DNA of 64,000 nucleotides from Tubiluchus corallicola. Its lineage: Eukaryota > Animalia > Priapulida. The notes beneath the pieces are model-generated. The model had not been told where the DNA came from, searched no databases, and saw only the letters and a program-made list of their open reading frames with translations. The stretch lies in NCBI GenBank assembly GCA_030141605.1, contig JAQGDQ010002389.1, forward strand, positions 148,951 to 212,950. The letters run 5' to 3'. Position numbers and translations under genes: made by a program. Of the stretch, positions 21,659 through 33,126 are shown piece after piece; the first letter of the stretch is position 1; every line of letters begins with the position of its first letter.

Positions 21659-21865
21659 AGATTTTCCTTAATCAACAATCCTGAATTATATCCTGTATTT
21701 TTCTATTTAAACGGATATTCATTCTATTGTCAACAATACCGAAAAATTAAACAGTTTTCCCCACTCTGAATTTTTCCTAAACAATAAAACAAAGCACTGT
21801 ATGAAAGAAAGCAAAAATGATATACTATAAAGTTATTAACAAATACATATACCATTCAAAAATTA

Positions 21866-22786
21866 ATGATGAAACAATTTACAGATATATCCATAGAAAA
21901 ATGGTGGTATAAGTTCATACCACCGCAAAGCTACCCTTATGCGCAGCTTATGCGCCTAGATCGCCCCATAGGAATATGGCTTCTCTTATTTCCCTGCTGG
22001 TGGTCTTTATTACTGGCAAATCCTGATATGACCAACCCTAAAACAGGCTATTATGCCCTGCTCTTCATGATCGGATCCATCACTATGCGTGGCGCAGGAT
22101 GTACCTTAAATGATATTCTTGATCGGCATCTTGATAAGAAAGTTGAAAGAACAGCACGCCGCCCCCTCGCGTCCGGCGCTATTACAATAAAAAATGCCTT
22201 CCTATTTCTGTTGCTTCAGCTCATCTTAAGTTTTCTCATTTTAATTCAATTTAATCTCTTTACCATTTTTCTAGCGGCTTCCTCTCTGATTCTTATCGCT
22301 TTATACCCTATGATGAAAAGAATAACATACTGGCCACAAGCTTTCTTAGGCATAACATTTAACTGGGGAGCGCTTATAGGATGGAGCAGTATTCATGGTG
22401 AGATAACCCTTATTCCCATCATGCTTTACATTGCTTGCTTTTTCTGGACTCTTGGATATGATACAATTTACGCTCTTCAAGATCAAAAAGATGACCTCGC
22501 TGTCGGCATTAAATCAACAGCCCTTTTATTTAAAGAGACCGCTCCTCAATGGATCTTCACCTTTTATAGCGCATGCATTTTCTTCCTTATAATCACCTTT
22601 CTACTTGCAGGCCTTAACTCCCTTTACTGGTACGGAGTTCTTTTCATTGTCAGCTTGCATTTCTTTCTTCAAGTCCTCTTTCTTAATAAACGCGATCAAC
22701 ATAACTGCCTGCAATGTTTCCGCTCTAATCAGCATATCGGCTGGATCATAACATTCGCTCTTATCATCAACCAATTCTCAACATAA
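21866..22786 (+). CDS. ubiA: 4-hydroxybenzoate polyprenyltransferase
   Basis: [32 protein letters not shown]. Confidence 0.96.
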   Translation: MMKQFTDISIEKWWYKFIPPQSYPYAQLMRLDRPIGIWLLLFPCWWSLLLANPDMTNPKTGYYALLFMIGSITMRGAGCTLNDILDRHLDKKVERTARRPLASGAITIKNAFLFLLLQLILSFLILIQFNLFTIFLAASSLILIALYPMMKRITYWPQAFLGITFNWGALIGWSSIHGEITLIPIMLYIACFFWTLGYDTIYALQDQKDDLAVGIKSTALLFKETAPQWIFTFYSACIFFLIITFLLAGLNSLYWYGVLFIVSLHFFLQVLFLNKRDQHNCLQCFRSNQHIGWIITFALIINQFST

Positions 22787-22797
22787 GTGAGAAAAGC

Positions 22798-24330
22798 ATG
22801 CCCTTTCTTAATCTTCACGATTTCATAACCACACTTGAAAAACACAAGAAACTTATTCGCGTTGCAAAGCCCGTTTCCTGCCATTTAGAAATGACAGAAA
22901 TTCAAACGCGTCTGCTCGCCCAAAAAGGTCCTGCTGTTCTTTTTGAAAAACCTCTGCTCTTTAATGGCGACATATCACCTATTCCTGTTCTGATTAACCT
23001 TTTTGGAACCATTGAACGTGTTGCCATGGGAATGGAGCAGCCTATCGAAAATATACGAGAATTCGGTAAACTCCTAGCAGCTCTTCGACAGCCAACTCCT
23101 CCTTCAGGGCTAAAAGATACATGGGAAAAATTTCCCATGCTAAAGCGTGCCATGGCAATGAAACCCCAAGAAGTTAAACAAAAACATGCGCCTTGCCAGC
23201 AAATTGTCCTAGTAGGAGAGCAAGTTGATTTGACAACACTCCCCATACAAGGATGCTGGCCAAATGAACCCGCTCCCCTTATCACATGGCCCATTGTGAT
23301 TACAAAAGGACCAACCCACTCCTTGAAAAATTCGCTACCGGAAGACGACTTTAATCTCGGTATCTATAGAATGCAACTGTTGAACAAAAAACAAACAATC
23401 ATGCGATGGCTGCAACATAGAGGAGGCGCTCAGCATTTTTCTCGGTGGCAAAAAATGTATCCTGAAAAACCCATGCCGACCGCAGTCGTTATCGGCGCTG
23501 ATCCAGGAACTATCCTCTCCGCAGTAACACCAGTACCAGATACACTCTCGGAATATAAATTCGCCGGCTTGCTACGAGGAGAAAGAATATCCCTCGTGCC
23601 TTGCCAAACGATCCCCCTCTCTGTGCCTGCTCAAGCAGAAATTGTTCTTGAAGGGCATATTCTCCCCCATAAAACAGCACCAGAAGGTCCATACGGAGAC
23701 CATACAGGATACTATAACAGTATCGAAAACTTCCCAGTCTTTGATGTCTCCGCAATCACAATGCGTAAAAATCCCGTTTATCTCTCAACCTTTACAGGAA
23801 GACCCCCAGATGAACCTTCTATCCTCTCCGAAGCGCTCAACGATCTCTTTGTTCCCATCCTACAACAACAATTTCCCGAAATAAAAGACTTCTGGCTCCC
23901 TCCAGAAGGATGCTCCTATAGAATCGCTGTTATCTCCCTTAAAAAAGCATACCCCGGGCACGCAAAACGTATTATGATGGGAGCATGGTCCTTCCTACGC
24001 CAGTTCCTTTATACAAAATACATCATCGTTATTGATAGTGACCTGAACGCACGCTGTTGGAAAGATGTGATATGGGCACTCTCAACCTGCACAGATCCAG
24101 CACGTGATATAACTATTATCGAAAATACCCCCATCGATTACCTAGACTTCGCATCACCTGCCTCTGGCCTTGGAAGCAAAATTGGCATCGATGCGACAAC
24201 AAAAATACCCCCTGAAACAAACCGACAATGGGGAGAAAAAATTAAAATGAATGATGACGTTATCAAAACAATCTCTGAAAAATGGAAAGATCTTGGGCTC
24301 CCCGGAAACGGAAAGCCAATATGGAAATAA
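22798..24330 (+). CDS. ubiD: UbiD-family prFMN decarboxylase
   Basis: [33 protein letters not shown]; directly after ubiA. Confidence 0.95.
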   Translation: MPFLNLHDFITTLEKHKKLIRVAKPVSCHLEMTEIQTRLLAQKGPAVLFEKPLLFNGDISPIPVLINLFGTIERVAMGMEQPIENIREFGKLLAALRQPTPPSGLKDTWEKFPMLKRAMAMKPQEVKQKHAPCQQIVLVGEQVDLTTLPIQGCWPNEPAPLITWPIVITKGPTHSLKNSLPEDDFNLGIYRMQLLNKKQTIMRWLQHRGGAQHFSRWQKMYPEKPMPTAVVIGADPGTILSAVTPVPDTLSEYKFAGLLRGERISLVPCQTIPLSVPAQAEIVLEGHILPHKTAPEGPYGDHTGYYNSIENFPVFDVSAITMRKNPVYLSTFTGRPPDEPSILSEALNDLFVPILQQQFPEIKDFWLPPEGCSYRIAVISLKKAYPGHAKRIMMGAWSFLRQFLYTKYIIVIDSDLNARCWKDVIWALSTCTDPARDITIIENTPIDYLDFASPASGLGSKIGIDATTKIPPETNRQWGEKIKMNDDVIKTISEKWKDLGLPGNGKPIWK

Positions 24331-24367
24331 AAATACTCCCCTGTTCACTTATTTCTCAGCATACCTC

Positions 24368-24874
24368 TCATTCTCCCGATGCTTTTTCTTTTGTGGACTC
24401 TACAGAAGCTTCCGATGGCCATAAAATTGTAGGGCGGCAGTTTATAGGAAAATTAACAGAATTCGCAATGAAACAAAAAGTGTTTGCTTTCTGATGTAAG
24501 GCCTCCGCCGAACTCTTATTATGCCCCTCTTCAATAATAATACGAGGCTTCAGCGTCACAGAACTCACCCGCCCCTCACGCGCTAAAGGCATCAGCTCGC
24601 CTGAAGAAGAATCTTCATAAGAAAGAACATTGATCTCAGCCTGAGAACATAAATGCAAATACCACAATAAATGGCAAGATGATAACGCTCCTAAAAACAT
24701 CGCGTCCGGGCTATAAAACTCTTCCCTATCCCGTACATACGAAGAGGATGAAACAGAAATCTCAGACTTGCCAGGCATACCGATAACATGATCCCGGGAA
24801 TATGTCTTTTCTGATAAAGGGACATTCCCTTTATTTTCCCATTTAACATCTATATTAAAAGATAGATTTTTCAT
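24368..24874 (-). CDS. OsmC/Ohr-family protein
   Basis: ALSSCHLLWYL and CFIANSV two-Cys pattern. Confidence 0.88.
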   Translation of the reverse strand: MKNLSFNIDVKWENKGNVPLSEKTYSRDHVIGMPGKSEISVSSSSYVRDREEFYSPDAMFLGALSSCHLLWYLHLCSQAEINVLSYEDSSSGELMPLAREGRVSSVTLKPRIIIEEGHNKSSAEALHQKANTFCFIANSVNFPINCRPTILWPSEASVESTKEKASGE

Positions 24875-24900
24875 AATTTCCTCCTTAAATATTACGATTT

Positions 24901-25941
24901 TTACCGTTTAAGCAATCCATCAACGGCATATTTTTCAATTTCTTCAAGCTCATCAGAGTGAAACTCTATATTTCCAAGGGACGCTAAATTATCATTCAAC
25001 TGCTTCATTGTCCGAACACCTAATAAAACAGAAGTTATACGCTGATCTCGTAAAAGCCAAGAAATCGCCATTTGTGGCAAAGTCTGCCCACGGCGATTGG
25101 CGATCTCATCCAGCGCGCGAATAGCATTCAAAACATCTCCACGAAGAGAATCCTTTGATAAAGACGTCCTCTCTTGCCCAATACGAGAATTAGAAGGAAT
25201 ATTATCTAGATATTTTTTCGATAAAACACCTTGGGCTAAAGGCGAAAAAACAATACACCCTATTCCCTTCTCCTCAAGAACATCCAAAAGACCTGTACGC
25301 TCAACCCAGCGATCTAATAAAGAGGCAGAAGGCTGGTGTATAAGACAAGGAGTTCCCAATGATTGTAAAATCTCTGCCGCTCGTATCGACATTTCCGTCG
25401 GATATTGAGAAATACCAACATAAAGAGCTTTCCCCTGGCGAACAATATGATCCAAAGCCATCATTGTCTCTTCTAAAGGCGTATCAGGATCAAAACGATG
25501 AGAATAAAAAATATCAACATAATCAAGCTTCATACGCTTTAAAGATTGATCCAAGCTTGCTAAAAAAGACTTGCGGGAATTCCATGCTCCATAAGGACCC
25601 GGCCACATCATATGCCCAGCCTTCGTAGAAATAACCAACTCATCCCGATAACAGCGTAGCTCTTCAGATAAAATACGCCCCATAAAAATTTCCGCGCTTC
25701 CAGCAGGTAAACCATAATTATTCGCCAAATCAAAATGCGTTATTCCCTGATCAAAAGCACGCAAAACCATCTCGCGACTTGCTGAATAAGGCGCTTCATC
25801 TCCAAAATTCTGCCATAAACCAAGAGAAAGAATCGGCAACATAAGACCGCTCTTACCACATCGACGGTAAATCATATTATCATAACGCTTTTCCTGTGCC
25901 TGCCAAAACATCAGTTTTATTCTCCCTGCATCTTTTATCAA
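24901..25941 (-). CDS. Aldo/keto reductase, YghZ/Gpr (L-glyceraldehyde-3-phosphate reductase) type
   Basis: YRRCGKSGL, SLGLWQNFG, FDLANNYG, ISTKAG, FSPLAQG; true start may be a few codons downstream. Confidence 0.9.
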   Translation of the reverse strand: MIKDAGRIKLMFWQAQEKRYDNMIYRRCGKSGLMLPILSLGLWQNFGDEAPYSASREMVLRAFDQGITHFDLANNYGLPAGSAEIFMGRILSEELRCYRDELVISTKAGHMMWPGPYGAWNSRKSFLASLDQSLKRMKLDYVDIFYSHRFDPDTPLEETMMALDHIVRQGKALYVGISQYPTEMSIRAAEILQSLGTPCLIHQPSASLLDRWVERTGLLDVLEEKGIGCIVFSPLAQGVLSKKYLDNIPSNSRIGQERTSLSKDSLRGDVLNAIRALDEIANRRGQTLPQMAISWLLRDQRITSVLLGVRTMKQLNDNLASLGNIEFHSDELEEIEKYAVDGLLKR

Positions 25942-26153
25942 TATTTTTTCTTCTTACATACTATTTTAATAAATCTTTAAAGATTCTATAGACTCAGATA
26001 GTATATATGATAAGAATATCACAACTGTCTATAGTATAGAAACAGGTTTTAAGTTTTTAATATATTCACTGTGTGAAAAATAGAGTATACTAGTCCCTCT
26101 TAAGGGTTTTAGAAAAAATAAAACAATTTGATGATTCTTACTTCCTTAATATA

Positions 26154-26480
26154 ATGGCCAGATCTAAAAAAAATACAAAAACATCAACACAAAAAGGGGC
26201 AAAACTCCTTGAAAAACATTGTCTTAGCCCCCCGCCTCTCTATAATGTTATTATGCTTAATGACGATTATACTCCCATGGAATTCGTCGTTATTATTCTA
26301 AAAATCATCTTTGGAAAAGATGACCAAGAAGCTTATAATATCATGATGGAAATTCATACAAAAGAACAGGCCTCCTGCTGCACTTGTACAAAAGAGCTCG
26401 CTGAAAGTCGCGTAAAACAGACTATTAAACTAGCAAGACAGTCCGGATACCCTTTGAAATGTATTATTAAAAAAGTATAA
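26154..26480 (+). CDS. clpS: Clp protease adaptor ClpS
   Basis: NDDYTPMEFVV, YPLKC; precedes clpA. Confidence 0.95.
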   Translation: MARSKKNTKTSTQKGAKLLEKHCLSPPPLYNVIMLNDDYTPMEFVVIILKIIFGKDDQEAYNIMMEIHTKEQASCCTCTKELAESRVKQTIKLARQSGYPLKCIIKKV

Positions 26481-26500
26481 AATGGATACTATCAAAAATC

Positions 26501-28735
26501 ATGATATCACACCATCTTCAAAATAGCCTACAACGAGCCTTTCAACTAGCGCAACACTACCAACACGATATTGTTACTCTTGAGCATCTCTTACTGTCTC
26601 TCTGTGATGATCCCGAATGTTTGGCCTTATTTGAAAGCTGCTCCATTAATATTTCTTCCCTAAAAAACACACTTGAAACTTTCATTTCAACAGAACTTTC
26701 CTCCATGTATCCTCAGAAGGAAACAATTCAAATCAATATAAGTGATAGCTTCCAACGCGTCCTTGAGCATACAAAACAACAGGCCGCTAATGCAGGAAGA
26801 ACATCCGCAAAAAGCACCCACGCCCTCATCGCTATGTATGAAGAAGAAGATAGCTTCGCCGTCTGGTTTCTAAAACAACATGGTCTAGATGTATTAGACG
26901 CACAAAGCTATGCAGCTCACCCTCTCTTCTCTGAATCATCGGAAAATCCAGTGCAATCCTCTTCTCTTTCAACAGATGACGATAACACAGAAAAAATCCT
27001 TCAAATGTGGTGCGATGATCTGACACAGAAAGCAAAAGATGATTCTCTCGAACCTTTTATTGCCCGAGAAGAGGAAATCCAAAGAGTCCTTCAGATTCTC
27101 TGCAGAAAAACACGCCATAATCCTTTGCTTATCGGGGAAGCCGGTGTTGGAAAAACAGCAATTGTCACTGGTTTGGCTCAGCATATTATCAATAAAAATG
27201 TTCCCTCCTTCCTATCCTCTACAACAATCCTTTCACTCGATCCGATAAGGCTTCTAGCCGGAACACGCTATCGTGGAGACTTTGAAGAACGATTTCATCA
27301 ACTCCTAAAAGCCATACAACAGCATGGAAATATCTTACTCTTTATCGATGAAATCCATATGATCATCGGCGCCGGCGCTATAGAACAAAATGCCATGGAT
27401 GTCTCCAATATGCTCAAACCCGCCCTGCAAAACGAAAAAATACGCTGTATCGGAGCAACAACATGGAAAGAATTTCGACGCCATTTCGAAAAAGACCAAG
27501 CCTTACTTCGCCGATTCCAGAAAATCGATATCCACGAACCTTCCATACAAAAAACAATCCAGATTCTTAAAGGTGTAAAACATACATTTGAAGAGCATTA
27601 CGCTATTCGCTACCACGAAAAAGCACTTGAAGCCGCTGCTAAACTCTCTAATCGCTATATTCGAGAACGATTCCTTCCCGATAAAGCACTAGATGTTATC
27701 GATGAAGCAGGCGCCGCCTTTCTACTCTCTAACAAAAAAAAACAAAAAATAAAAACAATCACACAAAAGGATATCGAAGAGACTGTCGCTAAAATCGCTA
27801 AAATCCCTCCTCAATCTCTTCAACAAAAAGAAACAACTCTACTGAAAACCCTTAAACGCAAACTCCTCTCCGAAATCTATGGCCAAAATAAAGCCATTAA
27901 AACTTTATATAATGCCGTTATTATCTCTCGATCTGGCTTGAAACAAGATGAAAAACCTGTCGGCTCATACCTCTTTACAGGGCCAAGCGGAGTCGGAAAA
28001 ACAGAAACAGCTAAACAATTAGCGCAAGTACTTAATAGCAAACTGATTCGATTCGATATGTCTGAATATATGGAAAAACACAGTGTCGCAAGGCTGATCG
28101 GAACACCTCCGGGATACGTAGGATTCGATCAGGGTGGTCTTTTGACCTCCGCCGTCGAACATCATCCTTATTCCGTCCTTCTTTTAGATGAAATCGAAAA
28201 AGCACACCCTGATATTTTTCATATCTTACTACAGGTTATGGATTACGGGACCCTCACGGACAATAATGGAAAAAAAATTGACTTCAGACACACCATTCTC
28301 ATTATGACAAGTAATGCAGGCATAACAGATGCCAGCAAATATCCCATGGGGTTTGAAAAAAACAGCCTGCAAAATTATGATAACACAATGATCGAGCAAT
28401 TCTTTCCACCCGAGTTTAGAAACCGTCTGAGCGCAATTATTCCTTTTCAACCTCTCAGTCCCTTAATTATCAAACAGATCGTTGAAAAGTTCATCTCTGA
28501 GCTTCAAAATACACTTTCTGAGCGTAACATCACATTGGCCATAACGCCCAAAGCAAAATTATGGCTCGCAAAATATGGATATAACGAGCATTTAGGAGCA
28601 CGCCCTATGGAAAGATTAATTGATGAACATATTAAACAACCCCTCGCGCAGGAAATGATCTTTGGAAAACTCAAAAACGGCAGTACCGTAAAAATTATCA
28701 CGACCCAAGGGCAATTAAAACTCTCTTACCAATAA
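26501..28735 (+). CDS. clpA: Clp protease ATP-binding subunit ClpA
   Basis: Two AAA modules (GEAGVGKT, GPSGVGKT), no M-domain, MGF ClpP-docking loop. Confidence 0.96.
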   Translation: MISHHLQNSLQRAFQLAQHYQHDIVTLEHLLLSLCDDPECLALFESCSINISSLKNTLETFISTELSSMYPQKETIQINISDSFQRVLEHTKQQAANAGRTSAKSTHALIAMYEEEDSFAVWFLKQHGLDVLDAQSYAAHPLFSESSENPVQSSSLSTDDDNTEKILQMWCDDLTQKAKDDSLEPFIAREEEIQRVLQILCRKTRHNPLLIGEAGVGKTAIVTGLAQHIINKNVPSFLSSTTILSLDPIRLLAGTRYRGDFEERFHQLLKAIQQHGNILLFIDEIHMIIGAGAIEQNAMDVSNMLKPALQNEKIRCIGATTWKEFRRHFEKDQALLRRFQKIDIHEPSIQKTIQILKGVKHTFEEHYAIRYHEKALEAAAKLSNRYIRERFLPDKALDVIDEAGAAFLLSNKKKQKIKTITQKDIEETVAKIAKIPPQSLQQKETTLLKTLKRKLLSEIYGQNKAIKTLYNAVIISRSGLKQDEKPVGSYLFTGPSGVGKTETAKQLAQVLNSKLIRFDMSEYMEKHSVARLIGTPPGYVGFDQGGLLTSAVEHHPYSVLLLDEIEKAHPDIFHILLQVMDYGTLTDNNGKKIDFRHTILIMTSNAGITDASKYPMGFEKNSLQNYDNTMIEQFFPPEFRNRLSAIIPFQPLSPLIIKQIVEKFISELQNTLSERNITLAITPKAKLWLAKYGYNEHLGARPMERLIDEHIKQPLAQEMIFGKLKNGSTVKIITTQGQLKLSYQ

Positions 28736-28744
28736 GAACAAATT

Positions 28745-29425
28745 TTGGCTTTTATGGCAAAAAAATCGCACAAAACAGAACTTTACTTGCTAACCCCTCC
28801 CAATATTAACCTTGATATTTTTCCAGAAGAGCTGGATAATATTCTAAAGACAAAATATGTTAAATGGCTGCAGGTTAGAATTAAAAATAACCATGATCGC
28901 TTTCTTTACGACGCGATAAAAGAGATCCTTCCCATCACAAGACGCTATAACACACACCTGATACTCAATGATCGCCCCGACTTAGCCGTTAAACTTGAAT
29001 GTGACGGAAGCCATATAGGCCAAAATGATATGCCCTTACAAAAGGCTCGTAAAATCTGCCCTGAAAATTTCCTCCTTGGTGTAACATGCCATAACTCCCT
29101 GCAATTAGCTCTAGAAGCTGAAAAAAATGGCGCAACATATATCGCCTTTGGCGCTTTTTTTCCATCCCAAACAAAAAATCCACCAGCACAAGCCGCTTTG
29201 GACTTGATTCACCAATGGCATACAGTGTCAAAATGCCCCTGTGTCGCTATCGGAGGCATTACTCCTGAAAATTGCTCCCCCCTTGTCAGTGCAGCTGTCC
29301 ACGCAATTGCCGTGTGTGGAAGTGTGTGGAATCATCCTTATGGCCCCTTTTATGCTATAGACGATTTCCAAAATAGACTCGCTATACAAAAGGAGAAAAG
29401 GAATTATAAAGCAGACCTTTACTAG
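28745..29425 (+). CDS. thiE: Thiamine-phosphate synthase
   Basis: QVRIK, ILNDRPDLA, HIGQND, GAFFPSQTK, AIGGI. Confidence 0.9.
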   Translation: MAFMAKKSHKTELYLLTPPNINLDIFPEELDNILKTKYVKWLQVRIKNNHDRFLYDAIKEILPITRRYNTHLILNDRPDLAVKLECDGSHIGQNDMPLQKARKICPENFLLGVTCHNSLQLALEAEKNGATYIAFGAFFPSQTKNPPAQAALDLIHQWHTVSKCPCVAIGGITPENCSPLVSAAVHAIAVCGSVWNHPYGPFYAIDDFQNRLAIQKEKRNYKADLY

Positions 29426-29621
29426 CTTCTTTTTAAAGAATCTCTTTGCAGACCTACACGTAAACTGAAATAAAAAAATTCTTTATAAAAAATACACTTG
29501 ATTATCTCAAAATTTTCCGCTTTACATTACATAGCACGGAAATATGATAGGATTATCATAAAAAATCTGTTAGAAATAAATCATCCACAAAAATACATAC
29601 TATCAATTTTAAGGTGACAAT

Positions 29622-30191
29622 ATGAAAATCAACGGAAATGCAATACGCCCCGGTATGGTCATTCAACATCAAGGGCGCCTCTGGCGTGCTATTAAAATTC
29701 AACATACTCAGCCAGGAAAAGGCGGAGCATATCTTCAAGTGGAATTACGTGATATACAACGAGGAACAAAACTCAATGAACGATTCCGCGCTTCAGAAAC
29801 TGTCGAGCGCGCTCGCCTAGAACAAAAAGAGTATCAATATCTCTATACCGATGGTGTTATCTACACATTCATGGATAACGAAACCTATGAGCAAATCTCC
29901 ATAGATTCCTCCCTTATCGACGAAGAATCAATTCCTTTCCTCCAAGAAAATATGACCGTCTCCATCGAAAGTTTTGAAGGAGAAATTATCGGCATTCAAC
30001 TGCCAGATAGCGTTATACTTGAAGTCGTTGAGGCAGAACCCGTTGTTAAAGGGCAAACAGCATCTTCATCCTTTAAGCCTGCTTTATTAGAAAATGGTGT
30101 TAAAATACAAGTGCCAACTTATGTGGAAGTCGGCATGCGTGTTGTAGTGAACACAGCCGAACAAATATTTGTCGAACGCGCTAAAAATTAA
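29622..30191 (+). CDS. efp: Elongation factor P
   Basis: PGKGGAY loop, KGQTASSSFKPA. Confidence 0.97.
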   Translation: MKINGNAIRPGMVIQHQGRLWRAIKIQHTQPGKGGAYLQVELRDIQRGTKLNERFRASETVERARLEQKEYQYLYTDGVIYTFMDNETYEQISIDSSLIDEESIPFLQENMTVSIESFEGEIIGIQLPDSVILEVVEAEPVVKGQTASSSFKPALLENGVKIQVPTYVEVGMRVVVNTAEQIFVERAKN

Positions 30192-30243
30192 AATTTACCC
30201 TCATCTATCTCTACCGTTATCTATCTATGGAGTTCTCTAAGGA

Positions 30244-31032
30244 ATGATTGCTATCTCACCACTTCTCAATACCATGACAAATATCGCCCGAAAAGCCGCC
30301 TCTCGACTAAGACGTGACTTTGGAGAAGTAGAACATCTGCAAAGCTCCAGAAAAGGACCTGCAAATTTTGCCCGTATCGCAAATCAAAAAACAGAAAAAA
30401 TTCTTTATGAAGAACTCGCACAAACCTTTCCTAAATACGGATTCTATATGAAAGAAAGTGGAGAAATTCCCGGATCAGACACCTCTAATCGCTGGATTAT
30501 CGATTCTATGGGAGGAGCAACAAATTTCCTACATAGCATTCCCATGTTTGCACTCTCATTCGCTTTAGAGCGTGACGGAAAGCCTTACGCCGGTATTACA
30601 TACAATCCCGCTCAGGATGAAATTTTTATTGCCGAAAGAGGGAAAGGCGCCTTCCTAAATGAACGACGCATCCGAGTCTCGGCACGTCGTGATTTCGCTC
30701 TCGCAACTTTCTGCGGTGCAATGCAAGCTGGTAAATTACCTAAACATTATACAAAAAGCTTACACTATATCTCCGCTCTCTCTGCTGGCATACGTCTTTT
30801 AGGATGTACAAGCCTTGAAATGGCATGGACTGCCGCCGGAAGATTCGATGGTATGTGGGGATGCGAACTCAAGCCATGGGAAACATCCACAGGAACAATT
30901 CTTATTCAAGAAGCAGGGGGATATATCTCAGATTTAAATGGAGAAAATAACTGTAATCACCCCTCCTCACTTGTCGCTGCCAATCCTTATCTTTATGAAT
31001 CTCTACTGGAAAAGCTACAAAAAACAAAATAA
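30244..31032 (+). CDS. suhB: SuhB/inositol monophosphatase family protein with degenerate metal-binding motifs
   Basis: LRRDFGEVEHLQ.S.KGP, AERGKGAFLN, AAGRFDG; efp-adjacent position; DPLDGT motif reads DSMGGA. Confidence 0.85.
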   Translation: MIAISPLLNTMTNIARKAASRLRRDFGEVEHLQSSRKGPANFARIANQKTEKILYEELAQTFPKYGFYMKESGEIPGSDTSNRWIIDSMGGATNFLHSIPMFALSFALERDGKPYAGITYNPAQDEIFIAERGKGAFLNERRIRVSARRDFALATFCGAMQAGKLPKHYTKSLHYISALSAGIRLLGCTSLEMAWTAAGRFDGMWGCELKPWETSTGTILIQEAGGYISDLNGENNCNHPSSLVAANPYLYESLLEKLQKTK

Positions 31033-31207
31033 AAATACTAAACCTGCCAAAGCAGTTTATAGAAAAGTGCCTCTCTCTATTTTTCTTAGAGTTTATCCCC
31101 TTTTTAATCTCCTTGAATAAAATATAAGATATAAAACTATCTTTTTCAAAAATGCCTTTTTACTATAAAATATACCAACGTAAATAAAATACCGGAGATA
31201 TAAAAAT

Positions 31208-32470
31208 ATGCGCATTATTATTATGGGAGCCGGGTTAATCGGTGTCTCAATGGCATGGTTTTTATCACAATCAGGTCATAAGGTTTACGTCATTGATAGG
31301 CAAGATGATGTCGCCCTTGAAACGAGCAAAGAAAATGGTGGACAAATTTCCTCCAGCCACGCTTCTCCTTGGGCAGGACCAGACACTCCTCTTAAAATTT
31401 TAAAATGGCTACTGCGTAAAGACTCTCCTTTGATTTTTCATCCGACAATCGAATGGAATCAGTGGGAATGGTATTGGGAATTTTTAAAAAATTGCACAAC
31501 AAAACAATATAAAAAAAATATACAAAAAAATATACAACTCGCTAATTACAGCCTTTCATGCCTTCAGAATCCATTCTTTCAAAAACTTGAATACAATGCG
31601 TCTAAAACAGGAATATTACATATTTTTACACACCCAAAAGAATGGAAAGCTGCAACTAAAAAAGCAAAATGGATGACACAATTTGGCTGCAAATGCCTGC
31701 TTCTTAACACAAATGAATGTTTCAATATTGAACCCGCTCTCCGCGGTAGCAAACGAAAAATTATCGGCGGAATCTATAGCCCCGATGATATCAGCGGAGA
31801 TGCCTACCTTTATTGCGTCAATCTTAAAAAATTTTGCCAGAAACACGGCGTTGAATTTCTTTTTAATCACTCTATAAAAAAGCTTGAATATAGTCATAAA
31901 AAAATTACCGCCGTAACATTCGACAATGGCACTTCCATGCAAGGAGATTATTATATTGCAGCTTTAGGAAGTTATACCTCTCTCCTTTTCAAAGATCTCG
32001 GAATTAGCCTTCCTATACGCCCCGCAAAAGGCTATTCTGTAACCTTACCTTCTAATACTCTTCATTCTGATGATTTCCCGAAAACAGCCCTTATCGATGA
32101 TGAAAAAAAAATCGTCTATAGCCACCTTGGCAACTCCCTTCGTATTGCAGGAACCGCGGAAATGAAAGGCTATAATACATGCATTGAAGAAAAAAGAGCA
32201 AAACATATTCTCCTATCTGCTCTAAAATTCTTTCCAAACTGCACAGCCGTTTCTTCCCAGGCAACCTTTTGGTCAGGGCTTCGCCCCTCTACACCAGACG
32301 GCGTGCCAATTATAGGAAAAACACCTTACGATAACCTCTATATTAATAGCGGCCACGGAACATTAGGCTGGACAATGGCCGCAGGATCAGGAAACCTGAT
32401 TACTAAACTTATTACTCAGCAAACACTTCCTTTAAATATTTATGACTATTCCTTAAATCGATTCCAGTAA
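31208..32470 (+). CDS. dadA: D-amino acid dehydrogenase
   Basis: GAGLIG, ETSKENGGQIS, PAKGYSVT, GLRPSTPDG, GHGTLGWT. Confidence 0.92.
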   Translation: MRIIIMGAGLIGVSMAWFLSQSGHKVYVIDRQDDVALETSKENGGQISSSHASPWAGPDTPLKILKWLLRKDSPLIFHPTIEWNQWEWYWEFLKNCTTKQYKKNIQKNIQLANYSLSCLQNPFFQKLEYNASKTGILHIFTHPKEWKAATKKAKWMTQFGCKCLLLNTNECFNIEPALRGSKRKIIGGIYSPDDISGDAYLYCVNLKKFCQKHGVEFLFNHSIKKLEYSHKKITAVTFDNGTSMQGDYYIAALGSYTSLLFKDLGISLPIRPAKGYSVTLPSNTLHSDDFPKTALIDDEKKIVYSHLGNSLRIAGTAEMKGYNTCIEEKRAKHILLSALKFFPNCTAVSSQATFWSGLRPSTPDGVPIIGKTPYDNLYINSGHGTLGWTMAAGSGNLITKLITQQTLPLNIYDYSLNRFQ

Positions 32471-32482
32471 GAAAGAAAAACC

Positions 32483-33121
32483 ATGTATACAAAAAAAGAT
32501 GTCAAAATTCTTTCCAGAAAAACACTCTATGATGGTTGGGTAAACGTAGAAAAATGCACCTTACAATATCGTACGTTTGACGGGCAATGGAGTGATTCTA
32601 TAAATCGAGAAATTATCGGACGCGGCCATACAGCCAGCGCATTGCTCTACGATCCATGGAAAGACTGCATTATTCTTATCCGACAATTCAGACTAGGAGC
32701 ATGGGCCGCTATGCAATCTCCCTTGCTAAAAGAAGACGAAACGCCATGGCTGTGGGAAATTGTTGCCGGTTATATTGATCCAGAAGAAACACCGCAAAAC
32801 GCCATTATACGAGAAATTTATGAGGAGACCAGCTGCGAAGCTATCGCTCTAGAATATATTACTCCTTGCCTCCTGAGCCCAGGAAGTTTGACAGAAACAA
32901 ATTTTATTTTTGCCGCTTGCGTTCATGCTCCTAATGATAAAAAAATACACGGAAATAAAACAGAACATGAAGATATTCAGGTGGTTTCCATACCTGCAAA
33001 AGACATAAGAATATGGCTAGAAAAACAAAAAATTATCAATGCTGTCGGACTCATTGCTTTACAATGGTTTTTGCAAAACCATCAACGCCTAAAAACAGAA
33101 TGGGCTAAAAATAAAGAATAG
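32483..33121 (+). CDS. nudF: Nudix hydrolase, ADP-ribose pyrophosphatase type
   Basis: LLYDP, RQFR, Nudix box AGYIDPEETPQNAIIREIYEET, SPG, EHEDI. Confidence 0.85.
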   Translation: MYTKKDVKILSRKTLYDGWVNVEKCTLQYRTFDGQWSDSINREIIGRGHTASALLYDPWKDCIILIRQFRLGAWAAMQSPLLKEDETPWLWEIVAGYIDPEETPQNAIIREIYEETSCEAIALEYITPCLLSPGSLTETNFIFAACVHAPNDKKIHGNKTEHEDIQVVSIPAKDIRIWLEKQKIINAVGLIALQWFLQNHQRLKTEWAKNKE

Positions 33122-33126
33122 AGCTC

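Noticed and set aside
4715-27742. Other A/T runs of 9 or more in hscA, pssA and clpA
   Set aside because: All remain in frame; they only show that such runs are common, which tempers the smr frameshift claim
29689-29730. EF-P loop TQPGKG instead of VKPGKG
   Set aside because: The modified Lys is retained; treated as ordinary variation
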